From contig DF237016.1 in the NCBI GenBank assembly GCA_000708835.1, forward strand, positions 124,001-188,000: a stretch of 64,000 bases of DNA, read 5' to 3'. Both the position numbers and the translations under genes were made by a program. The number at the start of each line of letters is the position of its first letter. Position 1 is the stretch's first letter. Shown here in pieces: positions 1 through 13,521 of this stretch. This stretch comes from Klebsormidium nitens. Its lineage: Eukaryota; Plantae; Klebsormidiophyceae. The notes beneath the pieces are model-generated. The model ran no database searches, was not told where the DNA came from, and saw nothing but the letters and a program-made list of their open reading frames with translations.

Positions 1-1455
1 AGTGGAATTTTGTAACATTGAGGACCAGACGATGGTGTGAAGGTGGTAAAACAGGCTTGGATGAGATGCTGTCATCTGACACATCGTATCAAAGATCATC
101 GCTCAAATTGGATATGCGATTCACAACAGACATCTTTTTCTCAGGCCCTAAAAGTCTGATAAACCGAATCATGCAAGGGCGTAGGAGTAGCGTGATACAC
201 GAGACTTGGCAGCATGTTCGATCTTGACCGCTTCGCTTACCATCTGTGGCACCGCCACATCAGTGTACCGCCAACCGCAAATGTTGTGTCCACCCTCCAA
301 TTGGCGGCTCTAAGTTGATTTAACGGGGGTCTGAACACCAAAGCTGGTCAAGAAGAGGGCCGCAATGCTCAGAACTTCTGTGACATAGAATGGCCAGCTT
401 TACGAAAGCCTTTGGTGAGTAGTAACTAATAGGCAGTGATTTCTGATGCGAGGGCGTGTTCAGGCGTGTTGGGCAACTGGGCTTTTTGCAAATATGGGAA
501 TCAAAATTGAGTTGTCAACACTGTCAGTCAATGTTGAAAACTGAAATTTGCATAGCAGAGAAAAGCTCGCCAATTTTTTGCCCGGGGTTCCGCGAAGCAA
601 AGAGCGGAACGAGGACCAAGGTTTTATAGGGGTTTGTCGGAACGAGCCTGAGGCCGCATCACTAGCCTATGCGGCCGCGGCCGGGCAGCCGCGCGTGCGC
701 CCATCCGAGTCAGCCTGAGAAGCCAAGGATGCAGATCACAGCCCGGCCACACATGCGCGGCACCGAGGAGTCATTTCAAGTTGGTATGCATCTCACACGC
801 AAGTTTCAATGCCCATGAAGGCTGCAGTTTGCGACCGTAAGCGATTGCAGGGGCAAGGCCTCCGCGACGGGCCCATCCGGATTGGTCCTGCTCGCAAATC
901 AACTCGTCATGACAATGGATACACAGCAATCCAACAAAGTGGCATACAAACATGGCCTTATGATTTGCAGTAGTCTGGCTCGCCCATATGTCAGATAACA
1001 AAGGTGCAATAGGTTCTCTTCCATAAAGCACGGGTTCCAAATTGCAGGCTTAAGGCTGTAAATCGACGCCTCTATGCACAGGAAAATCATGAACATGGGC
1101 ATACATGCATTTGTTGACCTACAATGCTCGGATGCTTGCTTACCAAGATTCAAAAATGCTTTTCCGTTTGAACAATGAAACAACATTGCCAGGTGTTACA
1201 AACAGAAAAGCGCCCCTGTGAAAGTATTCAGACCCCCCAGTCCTTGTTCCAAGTCTTGTACTTTCAAACCAAGACCGACGTCACACCTACTTAAAAATAT
1301 CCATGGCAGACTCCACAGCATGCCCCTCGGGTCAGAGTGAAAGAATTTGTTTCGCCTTGACGACAGCTGCTCTTCTTTCCGTCAACAGACAAAACGTGTC
1401 GAGGACCTGACTGAGAACTAAGTCAACTAAACGGAAGTTACTCCGCACACCAGAC

Positions 1456-4400
1456 TTACGCGTTCACAGCTTCTGGGAAGCGGGTTACATAGTTGAGAGG
1501 GACCTGCACCAACGAAGGAGGCACAAAGTGTCAATGAATCGGACTTTGGCTTCGACTTCGACAAACCCGTACAATAAGTTCGCTCACAGTGGAACAGCAC
1601 AACATGCAGAGACCAGATTTCGCGTTGCTTAGGAAGTGCTTAAATCTACTGACTCCTACATGAATGCACCAGCTAACCAAACAGAGAGAAGTAAGCGGTT
1701 GAGGGTTTCTCACCAAGAAAGTTGCAGAAATCTGTTTTCCCGCAAACCACCTGCCGTGCAAAGCTTTCTGCGCATTCTGGGCAGAAGTGGTTGCATCAAA
1801 CTTCAGATACACATGTCCCATGCTGTTCCTGCGGCACGTCACGGAATAAGATTCAGGGGAGCTGTAAGCCCGCACAGAAAGGCAAAACGGACTTGGGTCT
1901 GTTCTTCTCAGCTGTTCTTGCAGCAGCAGCAGCTTTGCCCAGTCTCCAACCAATCTAGGGAAACAAAAGCAGCGCCTCCAGCATCTGCCTAGTCAAAGCA
2001 GTTTTCCGCCCTATTCGTCCATCCAGCAACGAGATATTGAGAAGGGGCGAAGGGAAGGACTTACTTGTCCACGAAAATGTGCTTCACCGCTCCATATTTC
2101 GAGCACTCTTCCTTCGTGTCATCAGCGATGTCGAGGTCCCAGTCTGGTTCAGTCTGTACGAAACGGCGCACATAGAAACTCAGAATCTTTCGTCAGGTGC
2201 TTTTGTGCTGCACGACTTAAAACGACGACAGAAGAAGCTTGCACATAGTAGATACAGCCCCAGATCCAGCAAAACTAATCACCTTGCAAACTTCCGCAAA
2301 AGAATAGAGCTTGGCCGAACTACAAGGGGAGCGCAACCAGCGTGTCAAGGTTCCGGATGAACGTTCCTTGAGCTAGTCAGTCCTAGCTCTGTCAAAAGCA
2401 CGAGCTACATCAGGGATGCAATTGACGGCCAACAAGGCCGCTGAAAGACCGCTCTAATGTGATTTCAATGTTCGTTTTGGAGGGGGGTTCTAAAAGGATG
2501 CACAAAATCCGTATTGCTGACCGGTTACAATTTTGTGTGCGCTGGCTTCGATGGACCCAATACTATCATGGTGACTCTTGAAAGCTTTCGGGATCAAGAA
2601 GCTTTCCAGGGACTTCAAGAATGCATTGAAAATCCGGACAGATTACACTTCTCGGGCCCCTTACATCCGAGGTCAACATGTTGCCAGTTTCGCTGCTATT
2701 GAAACACCACGATCTTCGATTTAGAGGTTGCGTCCGACGGTAATAATTGACCAAAGAACCAGTCAACAAACAGAGGGAAAATGTCCGGCCCGCTGCTTAT
2801 GTAAACAATCTGGAGGCTCCATGCAGCTTTTCAGCTCGCCCTTGGACCTTCAGACCTGAGCTGAGGATGCATTTAGGCCGGATGCACAGTGCTCGCCAAG
2901 GGGAGATGGTAGGTGACCACAGCTGCACACTTGCTAGTCACAGCTGAAGAGTTTTCGGAATTTTTATGGCTGTTTGATAGCGCAAACTTTCGGCGTCGAA
3001 AGCAACAGCTTGACCCCGGGTTTAAGGGGCCCGAGCTTGCGTTTGCCCTTCTTCCCTTCAAAATGGCCCAAAAGCAAACTCGATCGTCATCACTCAAAGA
3101 CTGTTGGGAAGGGTCGATCAGGCACCTACCTCCTTGGCAGGATCAAACATATTCTCGAGCAGCAGGTACTGCGATGGAAGGCCGATTGGTTTCTGAGCGT
3201 GGGGAATCGGAGCCCCCATGAGAGGGATGCCCGCCAGAGGCGCCGGAGGAGGTACCACGGCTGCCATGCCTGTCCTGTCGAGCTTCTGCATCAGCAGGGC
3301 CCTTGAGCGAGCGTTCAAGGCCTGCAGCAACGAAGCAACATGAGATCAGAGCCTATCGCCACAGCAAAAGCGGGACCAGAGTGTCGAACTGCTCCAGATT
3401 GTGGTACCAGCAAGTCCCTCAATCCTCGAAACCGTCATTCATATCACCATTCGAATACATCATATGTCTTACCACTGAGGCACGCTCGCCCCTCTCTTCA
3501 TTAGCGCCCAAAACAACAAAAGGAAGGGAAAGTGGGTAAGTTCGGGAAGGCAGGAATCAGCAGAACGGGTATCAGAACTTTGCTGCTCCTGCTTTATGGA
3601 GCACAACCACTGCTTTTGGTCCATGACGGAAATCTCTTGGCAACACTCACCAAGCCTCCACCATCATCGTCATCGATCTCCCCCGCCCCATCGCCTGCGC
3701 CGGCACCTTCAGCCACAGGGGCTACCTTGATAGCGCGTCCTGCCAGCTCAAGCCCATTCAGATTCTGCATAGCAATCTGTGCATCTGCCAGATTGATGTA
3801 CTGCAGGGGACAAAAGTCAAAGTACGCATTACAAACATGAGAAAGTTTGGTTCGACAGTAGATTTGGAAGACATTAGAGGTCCGAACAGCCGCATATTGT
3901 AAAGAAACGCACAAGGAGTGATGATCAAGTTCCCTTTTACTAACGGAGCTGTAGCATTCGCTACTTGATGTCCAGATACTCAAGCATGGAAGGCCAACCT
4001 CTCTAAATGTCGCTCTTTCCAGATATAGGTTGACTTCCACTTTCGAACAGCTACTCCTGTTACTGGCAATCTTGGCACCCTGGTTTTGCGACTGCGAACA
4101 AGCACAAGCAGCGACCACTCTCCCTATGTCAAGCTCACTCACCTGCACAAATCCGAAGCCCTTGCACTGATTCGTCTCAGGATCCAAAGGCAGCTGCACA
4201 AGCTCAACCGGACCAAAAGGCTCGAACACCTGCACCAGGCAACAAAAAACGAGGAGCGTGATGCCTGGCAGAAGATAGTGCTGCCAACTGGATCGTCCAT
4301 ATGTTGGGAAGTGGCTACGGCCACAGCAAATCATCTTCATAGTTCGAGATACCCTGTTAGCCTCCTCTCCACAAGGAATTTTCAACAACACGAGCAACCC

Positions 4401-6294
4401 GAATCCTGGTTGCACACATGAGTTGAAACATGACAGACTGTTGGTATTCCTCCTCAAATCGATCTAGCGGATCCCACCCGAGCACAAAACTCCCAGCATC
4501 TCCCAAGAGTCTGCCCAATAAAGCAAAGAAGCAAAGAATGGCCGCCACCATGAGAACCACGAAAGTAGCATCCAGCTTTTGTAGCTGAGCCAAAAGAAAT
4601 GAGAAGATGGTTACCACACCTTCGGAGGGGTTGCCTCTTTTTCCGTGGCAGATCAGAGTCAGCAAAAGGACAAGCCTTCATCGCCTGTGGGGGTTACACA
4701 GTCAAGTAAGCCGACTGAGAGCTTGCAAATGCTCCAGAAGAGCGAGCCTGATATGCAAAGCAGAAGGAAGCTGCAAAAGCCTGCCATCTCTGAAAATCAA
4801 CTTGTTTCAAGGAGTAAGAGGGTGGTCGTACCTGCTTCAGCTGCTCCTCCGTCATGTTGAAGTGCAAATTGCCTACATACAGGCGCCGCTGGCCGCCTGT
4901 AAAGGCTCCCGCACCTGCTCCAATCATGTTAACAGCTCCTGAAGGCTGCACGAGATTCTTCTCAGCCTCCGATGGCTTCACCATGACCGGCACATTCTTG
5001 ATCAGTTGACCTGACAAGGCGATGGCCATGGGCACTGACATCACGTCATAGAACTCAATGTACCTGCACAAAAAAGAAAACTGTTTGCAAATACTCTCAT
5101 GCAAAGCAAGCTGCTCTGTAAGCAACACTACTACCGTCAGCATGGATATAAGAATGAGACGAGGTATGGTGACTGGTCAAGCAAGTGCCTAAACGCCTCT
5201 GTGCTTGCTACACTCTGCAAGATGCTCTTTTGCAGGCGATAGGTGACTTCGAAACACAGTTTTATCAGTTAACTTGCGCGTATGTTGGTCTTCTAGCACA
5301 CCGCTTACAGGAGCAGCAAATTACATGACGACAACGAGGCACCTGTGCCCCAAGCAGATATGATCCAAGTCGCTGTACACCTAATCCAGGCCTGCAAGTC
5401 GCAAAGATAACCGATCAAGAGTTGCATCATTGACCGCATAAATAGCCCTGGTCCCTTCCTTCCAAAGCAGCCAGTCTCCGAAAACAAACGGAACCACTAA
5501 GGGATGGACAGCCTGCAAGACACTGACCTGGAAAGCAGCACTTACTTTAAGTCCTTGAATTTCGAATTGTAGAACTTGCAAAACTAGCCCAAACCTCAGG
5601 CACTTACCCAACCCCCTTGTGCCGCCTGGAGTTCCGATCAACGATGAGCCGGATGTCTCTCACCTGCAGGAAAAAGAGAACGAGCTTGACTACACACAAC
5701 AGACTGGCGTGTCATAGAAAGATGGGCAAAGCAAACCTTGCAACAGGCATGCCATACAGTAGTGCAAAGGTTTGGTAATCTGCTAACTTACCTTTCCTGC
5801 TCTTGAAAAGAACTCATAGAGATCCCGTTCATCAGCCTTCAAGCTGATCTGGTATGCAAAAACAGTCCTCTGGTCGCGCTCCGGATCCACCTCTGGTTCT
5901 GGTTCTGGAGACTTCTTCCTGCGGAAACAAACACGTAGGAAATCAGCCACCCAGATTGGTCTTCACATATGGTAATGAAGTCCCCTCAGAAACACTTGCC
6001 TCACAATGCGCACCAATGTTCAGACAAGTAAGACGATGTGTGTCTCATTCCATTTGTTGCTTACCTCTTCCCCCCATAATCTCGTCTATCCCTGTAACTG
6101 CCCCGCTCCCGCTCCCGTTCTTTCCGGGGCGACCTGGTTCGAGACCGAGGCCGTGAGGATTTCCGCTCGTCTCGGCTGTCATCCTCGCGATGCCGCTTCC
6201 TTTTTTCGTCATCCGTACGACCCTTGTCTCCATTCCTCTCCTTACCATCCTCCAATGTTGCCTCAAGATAGTCATACTCGTTGAAATCCCCCAT
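1456..6294 (-). CDS. RBM39: RBM39/CAPER (CC1)-like splicing factor: RS-rich N-terminus, two RRMs and a C-terminal UHM/RRM3; 10 exons, about 441 aa
   Basis: Exons (minus): 6294-6065, 5918-5792, 5663-5608, 5063-4832, 4229-4143, 3800-3651, 3321-3130, 2153-2065, 1828-1714, 1503-1456; all GT-AG with consistent phases. Motifs: MGDFNEYDYLE..RSRTRSPRK; ERDQRTVFAYQISLKADERDLYEFFSRAGKVRDIRLIVDRNSRRHKGVGYIEF; RRLYVGNLHFNMTEEQLKQVFEPFGPVELVQLPLDPETNQCKGFGFVQ; PSQYLLLENMFDP..DWDLDIADDTKEECSKYGAVKHIFVDKNSMGHVYLKF..ALHGRWFAGKQI. Confidence 0.95.
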
Positions 6295-6365
6295 TTTCAA
6301 CGCCTTATTTCGTCCAAAGCACCTACCAAGCAACAAACCACCAAGTTGGCGTCTCCAAGAGGGCA

Positions 6366-7499
6366 CCTCTCCCTACTTCTGCGCGCTGTAGCTCTCTAGC
6401 CTCAGTAGGACCTGAGCGCTGTTTGCTGCTCGGTGCAGCCCAGGCCCAGGGCCGACTCTAGTCTCTAGAGTCTAGACTCTACGAACGCAACTAGACCCTA
6501 GGCGCAAACTGCACCAATACCGCTGCGGATCATTTAGATCCGACAAGAGCCCTGCGTCGGTGGTCCGAGACCGTCGATCTGATAAAGAAGGTCAATCATT
6601 GGTATCCTGAAATCTGTCAGTCGAGGAACGGTCGATGTCGGGCCATTTTGGCATCCAACGGCTCGAGGCTCGTCAGATCTGACGTAGTGAAAGCGGAATT
6701 CATCATTTCCTGCCAGACTGGCGATTCCCTGGCTTGAGTTTCAGAATCCAATTCAATCCAACCGAAGTCAGGTCACCATCCCAAGTTAGAAATGCCGGGG
6801 AACGCACGGAGACACGAAACATCTAGACGATTGGATCCATTGGCATGCGGATACCACGAAATTGCTGCTCACATAATGGCTAGATGTTCCATGCCTGTTA
6901 TGTTCCGGGTTGACCAATTTTCACCGACCGGGTTTCCCGAGTGGACCCGAACCGTTCGTCCGGATTCCGGAGTCGGAACTTGGCCCAGACTCCGAGTCCA
7001 TGTCAGGAGTCGGAATCTGCCAAGCTGCTGCAGACCACACGAACGGAACTGGTAACTCAGGCAATTCAGCTGACCAGTTCGCAGTGCCAGCATCAGGGGG
7101 GCGGTCCAGCGCATCAAATGCTTCTTCCACCTCGTACAAAAGTGACTGGTATGGTCGGCAGGATCTTGTAGGTAGCAGTGCATAGGAGGGAATTCAGCAC
7201 TGGCATTCCACCATTGCAGACTCACAGCACCTGTGCTTTGGGAATTTCCCTGGCTTTGATCCGAAACGAGCACCGCAACAAACTGACCTTAGCATCGTTA
7301 AGGAGTGCAGGCTTTCAATCTGTGGCATTGGTTGCCAGCCCCGTCATCGAGCCTAAGGTCCTCCCTTCTGGATCATCGGGGTTGCTTTTGTCAGCAGATC
7401 CTGCTGGAGGCTGCTTGTCAACGGACTGTTACAGCGGCCCTTGAGATGAATTTCTTCTGAGGGCCTATTCTGTCCTTTTTTTAAGTCCAGGCCAAAATC
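6366..7499. promoter_or_regulatory. Probable divergent promoter region between RBM39-like (-) and the NT-C2 gene (+)
   Basis: Head-to-head start codons are about 1.2 kb apart. The same arrangement occurs at 17602-18848, 37624-39688 and 47612-48539. Inferred from gene orientation only; no TSS mapped. Confidence 0.55.
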
Positions 7500-10400
7500 A
7501 TGGTGGCCTCCTCTCCCAGGAACCGGCCTGCCCCTGACAGCAAGCGTTTTGATGTCGAGCTCACCGTGGACTCCTTGACTAACCTGCGATTGAGCGCAGA
7601 AGAAGAGACCCTCGTCTCTGTAGATGTCAAGTGGAAAGGGCCAAAGTCTGCACTTGGATCGCGTTTCAGGAAGAGTCAGAAGAAGGACAACACCTCAGCG
7701 GAGGTGGTAACAGGAGGTGGCGCAGTTGTCTGGGGGGAAGGTGTTAGCAAGTTCAAGCACCAGTGTCTCTTGCTGGGAGCCAAAAGCCAGGGCTATGAGG
7801 AGGTCACCTACCAACCTTGGGATGTCAACTTTGTCATCCTCAAGGTAAGCAGCTCACATAACGAAAGTTAGCTCGAGGTTGTTATTGGGAAATCCCGACA
7901 TTTAAGCCAATGTCGTGTCTGGCAAGGATGCACTGATTTGACCAAGGCGCTGGTTTCTCAGCTCCTTCTCCTATGTTAGATCAGAAAACTGTCTTAGGTG
8001 CCTCAATTGGAAGGGCCCCCATTAAAAGCTGTATGAATTGTAGTGGATCTCTTGAGTAAATTTGAAGGTACTGCACATAGCGTGCAAGAATGCAGAAGTG
8101 TGGCTGTTTCTGTTGAACAAGCGGGTCACTCTTGCTGTCAGGATTTTCCATGGCGTTGAGTTTGGGTCTGTTCTGCGATGGCCCCTGTGACACATGGATG
8201 GTGGTCATATTGCTGTGAAACTTCTCTTGGATCTCGGGGAACCCACGAAGGATGCTGCGCCCTTTTTGTTCAGCTTCAGAATGTCTGGGCCTTGTGCTCT
8301 GCAGGCGGCTGCTTCTGCTCCAGAGAAGACAAGTGCCTTGGGCAAGGCATCCCTGAATTTGTCAGAGTATGGATCGGGGCTACGAAATCCATGGACAACC
8401 ATTCAGGTTGAGATGGAAGGCAAGGGAGTGGATGCGAATGCAGAGCTGAAGGTGAGGCAAGGGGACTGGCAAGTCACAGTGGGGCGGTTGTGTTTGGTAA
8501 TCACGTTGCTTCATGCTTCGAAGACGTGGTTTTTAGGCTGGAATGATCTAGGAAGGATGCTGTTATCAGCGGGATTCTCAGTATGAGGACACGTGATCAC
8601 ATCGTCCACAATTTTCTCAGCCATGCAAGTGACAAGCAGTCAGAAGAGTCTGAGGATCCTACATTTTGATTGGGCAGGCCACTTTGGCGTGCCCGTAGTA
8701 TGTTGTCTTTTATTGCTAGATGCGTCATGAAGACAAGGATTTTGGTTTTGATTTCCGAGGATTTTCTGAATATGATACTGAAGTTAATCTAGATGAAGCG
8801 CCTTTCCTTCGTGAGTAGAGCAACTCTAGCTGCCTATGCGAACAGTCAATATCTGACCGTTGGTACACTCAAAGTCAGTATTTGTGAGACAGCAGAGTGT
8901 CTGCTGAGTCGTACTTTCAGAGGCTTACTTCAAACTGACCCCCAAAATCGTATTGAAATCGGGAGTCAAGCTTAGTTCTGTCAGAAGGTAAGTTGGGCTA
9001 GAACTTCTTCTACTACTCAGTTTTAGCTTGAGTAGCACAAAAATGGGGCACTTTCAGGAAAATGAGATGAGGTTTGACTCCAGGGCTTGTGTTTCTTTGT
9101 GCTATTGACTTTATGACAATGTGGGGCGTAATATGGTAGAATCTCAAGATCAGAGAATCTGGGAGTTTTGTTCCAGTCATGCACAGCGGGTTCTGTCTCT
9201 TGTGAAATGGCTTTTACGCATTTTGTTTCCCACATCTTTTCAAGCAACCTACTTGCAGAAAGTTCCTTGCTTCTCCTGTTTCTTTCAGAGTCAGCCTGGC
9301 CCCCAAAATCATCCTTGAGGCTTGCTGTCAGGCGACCAAGCCTGGCGCTTCTCTCACGGTCTGGGCCTCAACCAACCTTACCTCTCTTTCCCAGGTGAGA
9401 GTCTCCATGGTGGAGCTCAGAAACGAGGACGGTCCCACAACTCCCGAGTCTGTGGCCCCTGCCCCCAAGCGCTCCTCGCGCCTCTCCCACCGCCTCTCCC
9501 ACTCGCGCTCTCGCTCTCTCAGCGTCCTTGAGGACCTCAAGCTGCCGGAAAAACCCCTGATGACATCATCTATGATTTCGTCGGACGCGGACGACGAGGC
9601 GGAGACCGAGGACCTGGCGGCGCTCGGCGTGGAGCTCCCCCTCAAGTACAACAGCATGGTAGCTAGCAACCTCGCAGCGGCGTTGGGGGCCACCGAACTT
9701 GCCGAGGTCGACAGAGCGGTGATCCAACCCCTCCCCCAGATTGCAACCCTGGAACGGACTGTCAGTGTTCCTCTGCCGGAGGTGTCGGACGGGGAGGAAG
9801 AGGGAGGGGCCAAGGACGAGGGGACGTCCAAGGCGAGGGGTCTGTTCAAGAAGCGCAAGCTGAGCTTCCGGTCGCCCAAGGGGGACCCCCTGCTGTGGAC
9901 CAAGGAGAAGGAGCAGCCGCTGCTGAACAAGGTCAAGGCGGAAGAGGAGGAGGTGGTCAACACGTGGGAGAGCCCGTACACCGACTCGTCATCTGCGGAG
10001 CATGGCCGCTGGCTAGACGCGGTGAGCGTGTTCTCAGAGCTAGGGTTTCAAGTAGAAGCAGGGTGGCGCCAACTTGGGCTTGTGGTTTGGAAGCACAAGA
10101 TTGTCTGTTAAGGGAGGCAGGAGCAGATTGAGTTTAGAGGCCTAGTGTCTGCACCCTCTGCATGTCGAATCTGCGGTTTGTGCTCACATCAAGTCCTCTT
10201 TACAAACTAAGTACCCCAACCATTCTTGGATGTTACCGACTCATGCATAATCTTCCTGCATTCATGTGTTAGTTTCAGCTAGAATGACGCTATCTCAACA
10301 TGGAGCCCAGCCGCTTGGCATTGATGTCTTTTCCAACTTGACCGCTGATGCTGATGCTGACAAGCCCTATTTGACACTGCTATTGAAATTCATGATCTTT

Positions 10401-11976
10401 TGGAGGCACTTTGAAATTTGCCTGTCTCTTCTGGTCTTGTACAAGGGATCGGTTTCGAGTAGCTTTGGTTGTAGGTTGCAATGCCTGTCTTTCGTTTCTT
10501 TTCCCAGTCTGTTGAATCGCACACAGAGAAATGTTCGCCCTTCTCAGCAGCAGCATGCACCTGCATAAGCAGAAGCCATGCATTCCAGGTCAGCGCGCCC
10601 TTTCACCATGCGGCAGATCACTCCTGACACCAATCCTGACATCTACTCTTCTCTCTGTGCAGAAGCGCGCGGGTTTGCCTCCGAGCCTGTCCTCAGACAG
10701 CCTCTCTGCTTCGGACGGCAACTACAGCTCGGACGCTGAGGAAGAGCACAAGGTCGGCGCGTGGCAGCTGCGCCAGATTGTCAGCCGAGATGGGTCCAGC
10801 CGCATGCTGGGGGAGGTCTTCTTTGCGTCGTTCGACCAGCGCAGCGAGAGCGCGGCTGGCGAGAGCGCGTGCACCGCTCTAGTTGCTGTCATCGCTGACT
10901 GGCTGCACCAGCACCCGGGGCAGATGCCGACGAAGGGGATGTTCAACCAGCTGATCCAGGAGGGGAGCGGCGAGTGGCGCGCCCTGTGCGAGATGGACGA
11001 GTTCAAGGAGAGCTTCAAGGACCGGCACTTTGACCTTGAGACGGTGCTCGGCGCGCGCATCCGGCCGCTCAAGGTGGACCACTTCCACTCGTTCGTGGGG
11101 TTCTTCAAGCCGCCTGAGGTGGAGACGTCGCACGAGATGCTGGCGGGGTCGATGTCGTTCGACGACATCTGGAGCGAGCTGGCAAAGGCGGGGGAGGGGG
11201 TGTACATCGTCAGCTGGAACGACCACTTCTTCATCCTGAAAGTCGACGAGGGGCGGTGCTACATCATCGACACGCTGGGGGAGCGCCTGGTGGAGGGGTG
11301 CAGCCGCGCGTTCATGCTGCGCTTTGAGGGGGGGTGCTGCTGCAAGCAGGTGGCCGAGACCAAGGCCGAGATCCGGAGGGAGGAAGAGGAGAAAGCGGCG
11401 GCGGCGCAGGCGGAGAAAGAGCGTGCGGCGGGGCCGAAGAAGAAGCAGAAGCCCAGCCCGTACGCAAGCGGGCTGTCTCGGACGGTGTCCGGCGTGCCCA
11501 AGGCGTCCGAGAAGGAGGACAGTCCAAAGGGGGCCGGGCTGGGGCGGACGCTGAGCATGTCGACGCTGGGGGCGCTGCTGGGGAGAACTAGCAGCGGCAG
11601 CTTTGGCGCAGGGAGCAAAAACGCGGAGAGGGCGGCGCTGGTGGCGAAAGAGGACTTGAAGGGGAAAATTTTGGAGACGAATGGGGCAGCTTCGGAGGGA
11701 ATGGGCGGGGGTGAGATCTCGGCGCCGGTTTCTGAGGGCGAGAATGAGGGTGCGGGTGAGGACGGGGAGAAAGTGGAGGAGTGTGGCCTGGGGCGGGGGA
11801 TGTGCAAGGGGCGACATTTTGTGAGGGACTTTTTGGCGGCCGTGCCGCTGCGAGCGCTGGCTGAGGATCTGAAGGCAAAGCGCGCGGTGCCCGTGCATCA
11901 GCGGTTACAGATTGAGTTCAACTACACGCGGCTGTTGGACCTATTCAACGAGAAAGACGTCAAGAAGCTGGGCTAA
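7500..11976 (+). CDS. Plant NT-type C2 domain protein (AT3G11760/AT5G04860-like family) with conserved C-terminal domain; 4 exons, about 810 aa
   Basis: Exons 7500-7844, 8305-8451, 9395-10021, 10663-11976 (all phase 0, GT-AG). N-terminal VDVKWKGPKSALGSRFRK..VVW..PWDVNF..LGKASLNLSEY matches NT-C2. C-terminal FFASFDQRSESAAGESACTALVAVIADW..LIQEGSGEWR..HFDLETVL..MSFDDIW..YIVSWNDHFFILKV..YIIDTLGERLVEGC..PVHQRLQIEFNYT matches the family as I recall it. Confidence 0.88.
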
Positions 11977-12967
11977 GGGGGGAGGGAAGCGGAGGTTATT
12001 TATATCCAGCGAAGGTGAACCGGGCACCGTTTGTGCAAAGTCGAGACTGCTATTTGACTGCGACGGAGTTAGAGTTGAGATTTTTTGAGATGGAGGGGAT
12101 GGAAGTGGGAGAGTGGAGGGGATGGAATCGGGAGATGGAAACAATGAGAGTAATTTTGTTGTTATGCATCCCAGGTGAAAGCTGGCAAGGATCACGTGCT
12201 ACACACGGTGCTGTTAGGTTGCAGTATATAGTCCAATCTTATTCGAAGTCAGGAGAGATTTGGGCAGCTTGTAAGAAGCAGCTCTCCCTTCTTGAGATAA
12301 AGTTCTCTGTTGTAAGCTGTCCTGTGGCAACGCTTGCCATGGCAAAGCATTCAGCAACTGAGACATTACATCTTAGCTTTTAGCATCAGATGTTGACGTG
12401 TCAAAGTCCAATCAGACGTTGTAGGCAATCCGGTCGGTCGAGTTTCCAAGTCCTGCTCCAAAGTACTTAGGTATATGCGTCTAATAGCAATTAGTCCAGG
12501 ACCTCTGAACGAGTTGCATTGAGGTACTCAACTCCTCTCCTGGAGGTTCTAGTTAATCACTCGGCACCTCCAAGAATGCTGCTCTTTTTGCCTGGGTCAC
12601 GACTTTCGATGATTACGTGATTCCGGCCTGCCGCAATCAATGGCATATCAAGCTATGTGTAGCTAGCTTGTTATATGGAGAATGCCGCCACATTATGGTA
12701 CAATACTCGGCCGGCCGCGAGTCACCGATATTGTTGGATGTACGAACACAATTTCTGCAATAATCCCAGCGTCATTGTACGCGCTGATCACACATGCTTG
12801 GTCCAATGATAGCTCATGGCATGTATTTCATGAATTATATCTTTACGTACGACGTCTACTACGTTGGTATAGTACACTGTGGCAAGGATTATATACCTAA
12901 ATGAATATTTGCATGTATATGCTTAAGTTTGAATCCATGCGATGATCTCACTATTCATACATGCAAT

Positions 12968-13000
12968 TCCATGTTGTGTTCCATGTTGTGTTCCATGTGA
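12968..13000. repeat. Short tandem repeat, 12-bp unit (TTCCATGTTGTG) x about 2.7
   Basis: Sequence reads ttccatgttgtg ttccatgttgtg ttccatgtg. Confidence 0.85.
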
Positions 13001-13521
13001 CTTGAACAGATCGTTTGTTTTCGTATACCGCGATCACATATGGATATTCCAAACTTATAAGGGCCTGGAGGCATCCGACAATGGACATGTGCATGTCACG
13101 CGCCGGCGTGATGGCATTCCCGGATCAATCATGAATTGCACAGAGATTAGAACAACGTACCTTCAACTGGCTTGCAAGAGCTTGACAGTGGCGCAGCCGC
13201 AACGTGTTGATTCAAGGTCATAGTACTTAGCCTGGCATGCATGGCCGCGTCGGCCCATGCAGCCAGGCTGCCTGCGGCCGCGCCGAATCCGGTTCGACAA
13301 GATATATGCATCGCAAATTGCAGTATGCAGTCGACCTTGAACGATGATCCGACAGAGTGAACATCCCGGCGGCTGAGGCTACTTATACGAGGCCACGTCA
13401 TCATTGCGGCCAACCGAGCAACAACGCGCGCTTGATCTTGAGCCGGAACTTATTGAATAGGGAAATGCATGCACCAAAAGCTACACTGTATGAAAACGAG
13501 ATATGGCTCGGAACACGCCTT

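Noticed and set aside
310-420. Possible plus-strand exon (FNGGLNTKAGQEEGRNAQNFCDIEWPALRKPL then GTGAGT) near the window start
   Set aside because: No recognisable homology or partner exon; insufficient support.
9328-11898. Long minus-strand ORFs (217, 339, 182 and 170 aa) opposite the NT-C2 gene
   Set aside because: Antisense shadows of GC-rich coding exons; low-complexity translations with no motifs.
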